Shown here: positions 63,834 through 64,000 of the stretch, piece by piece
Layout of the letters: each line of letters opens with the position of its first letter
Position numbering within the stretch: the stretch's first letter is position 1
Assembly (NCBI GenBank): GCA_023249675.1
Contig: JAHFCE010000003.1
Location: 111,785 to 175,784 of the forward strand
Length of the DNA: 64,000 nucleotides
Source of the DNA: Elusimicrobiota bacterium
Lineage (GTDB): Bacteria; Elusimicrobiota; Elusimicrobia; UBA1565; UBA9628
Reading direction: 5' to 3'
Made by a program: the position numbers and the translations under genes
Notes under the pieces: model-generated
What the model was told of the DNA's origin: nothing
What the model saw: the letters and a program-made list of their open reading frames with translations, nothing else
Databases searched by the model: none

Positions 63834-64000
63834 ATCTCCGTTCGCGGCCTCAAGAAGTCTTTCGGCGAGCAGGTTCTCTACGACGGCGCCGAGCTCCAGC
63901 TCAACGCGGGGGACCGCTACGCCTTGGTGGGTCCGAATGGTGCGGGCAAGACGACGCTGTTTAAGATGCTCCTCGGTGAGGAGGAGCTCGAGGGCGGCTC
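63831..64000 (+). CDS. ABC-F type ATP-binding cassette protein (N-terminal fragment; 3' end outside window)
   Basis: 'ISVRGLKKSFGEQVLYDGAELQLNAGDRYALVGPNGAGKTTLFKMLLGEEELEGG' contains a Walker A motif, and the 'GEEE..G' phrasing is typical of ABC-F. Confidence 0.75.
   Translation, partial: MISVRGLKKSFGEQVLYDGAELQLNAGDRYALVGPNGAGKTTLFKMLLGEEELEGG

Noticed and set aside
1-64000. Search for CRISPR arrays, rRNA, IS elements and integrases
   Set aside because: No array of regularly spaced direct repeats, no rRNA-like conserved stretches, and no DDE transposase or tyrosine recombinase motifs seen in any frame.

Overview
High-GC (roughly two-thirds G+C by eye) contig from a diderm bacterium. It is densely coded with many 4-bp ATGA/GTGA start-stop overlaps, and the GC skew produces many long antisense ORFs that I treat as artefacts.

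Content from 5' to 3':

1. A type IV pilus assembly/secretin operon, pilM (5' truncated), pilN, pilO, pilP and pilQ, at 1-4260.
2. Fused directly to it, a ~19 kb co-directional glycan-modification island at 4264-23136. It holds two Wzy_C/O-antigen-ligase-like TPR membrane proteins, two tandem YfhO-family GT-C glycosyltransferases, an LPG-synthase-TM/flippase-like protein, three DPM1/GtrB/ArnC-like GT2 enzymes, a DegT aminotransferase, an extended-SDR epimerase/dehydratase, a GT4, an AsnB-type amidotransferase and two SAM methyltransferases. A MarC gene is inserted on the opposite strand. A convergent GT2 and glutathione peroxidase follow at 23120-24732.
3. gmhB and a hypothetical at 24828-25923, then a long minus-strand operon at 25920-34615 (POT peptide transporter, dapA, dapF, TPR protein, secreted patatin, TolC-like OMP, TM-HAMP protein, phosphofructokinase, beta-barrel OMP). 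A lone receiver, dnaE and a NUDIX hydrolase follow.
4. A cNMP-binding patatin at 39225-41255 and an operon of GAF histidine kinase, TldD and three secreted hypotheticals at 41227-46885.
5. A set of predicted secreted peptidases (S58 DmpA, M14-like, C1 papain-like, HEXXH, M2/ACE-like), a HEAT-repeat protein, a SulP-STAS-cNMP transporter and a signal-peptide ATP-grasp protein.
6. A degraded brnT next to an intact brnA, a membrane/spermidine-synthase-like fusion, tRNA-Ser(UGA), an ORF6N phage-associated gene and the start of an ABC-F ATPase.

No CRISPR array, rRNA, transposase or integrase is visible. The most interesting candidate system is the pilus-linked GT-C plus polyprenyl-phosphate-sugar glycosylation island. 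All product calls are from reading the translations by eye; no searches were run.
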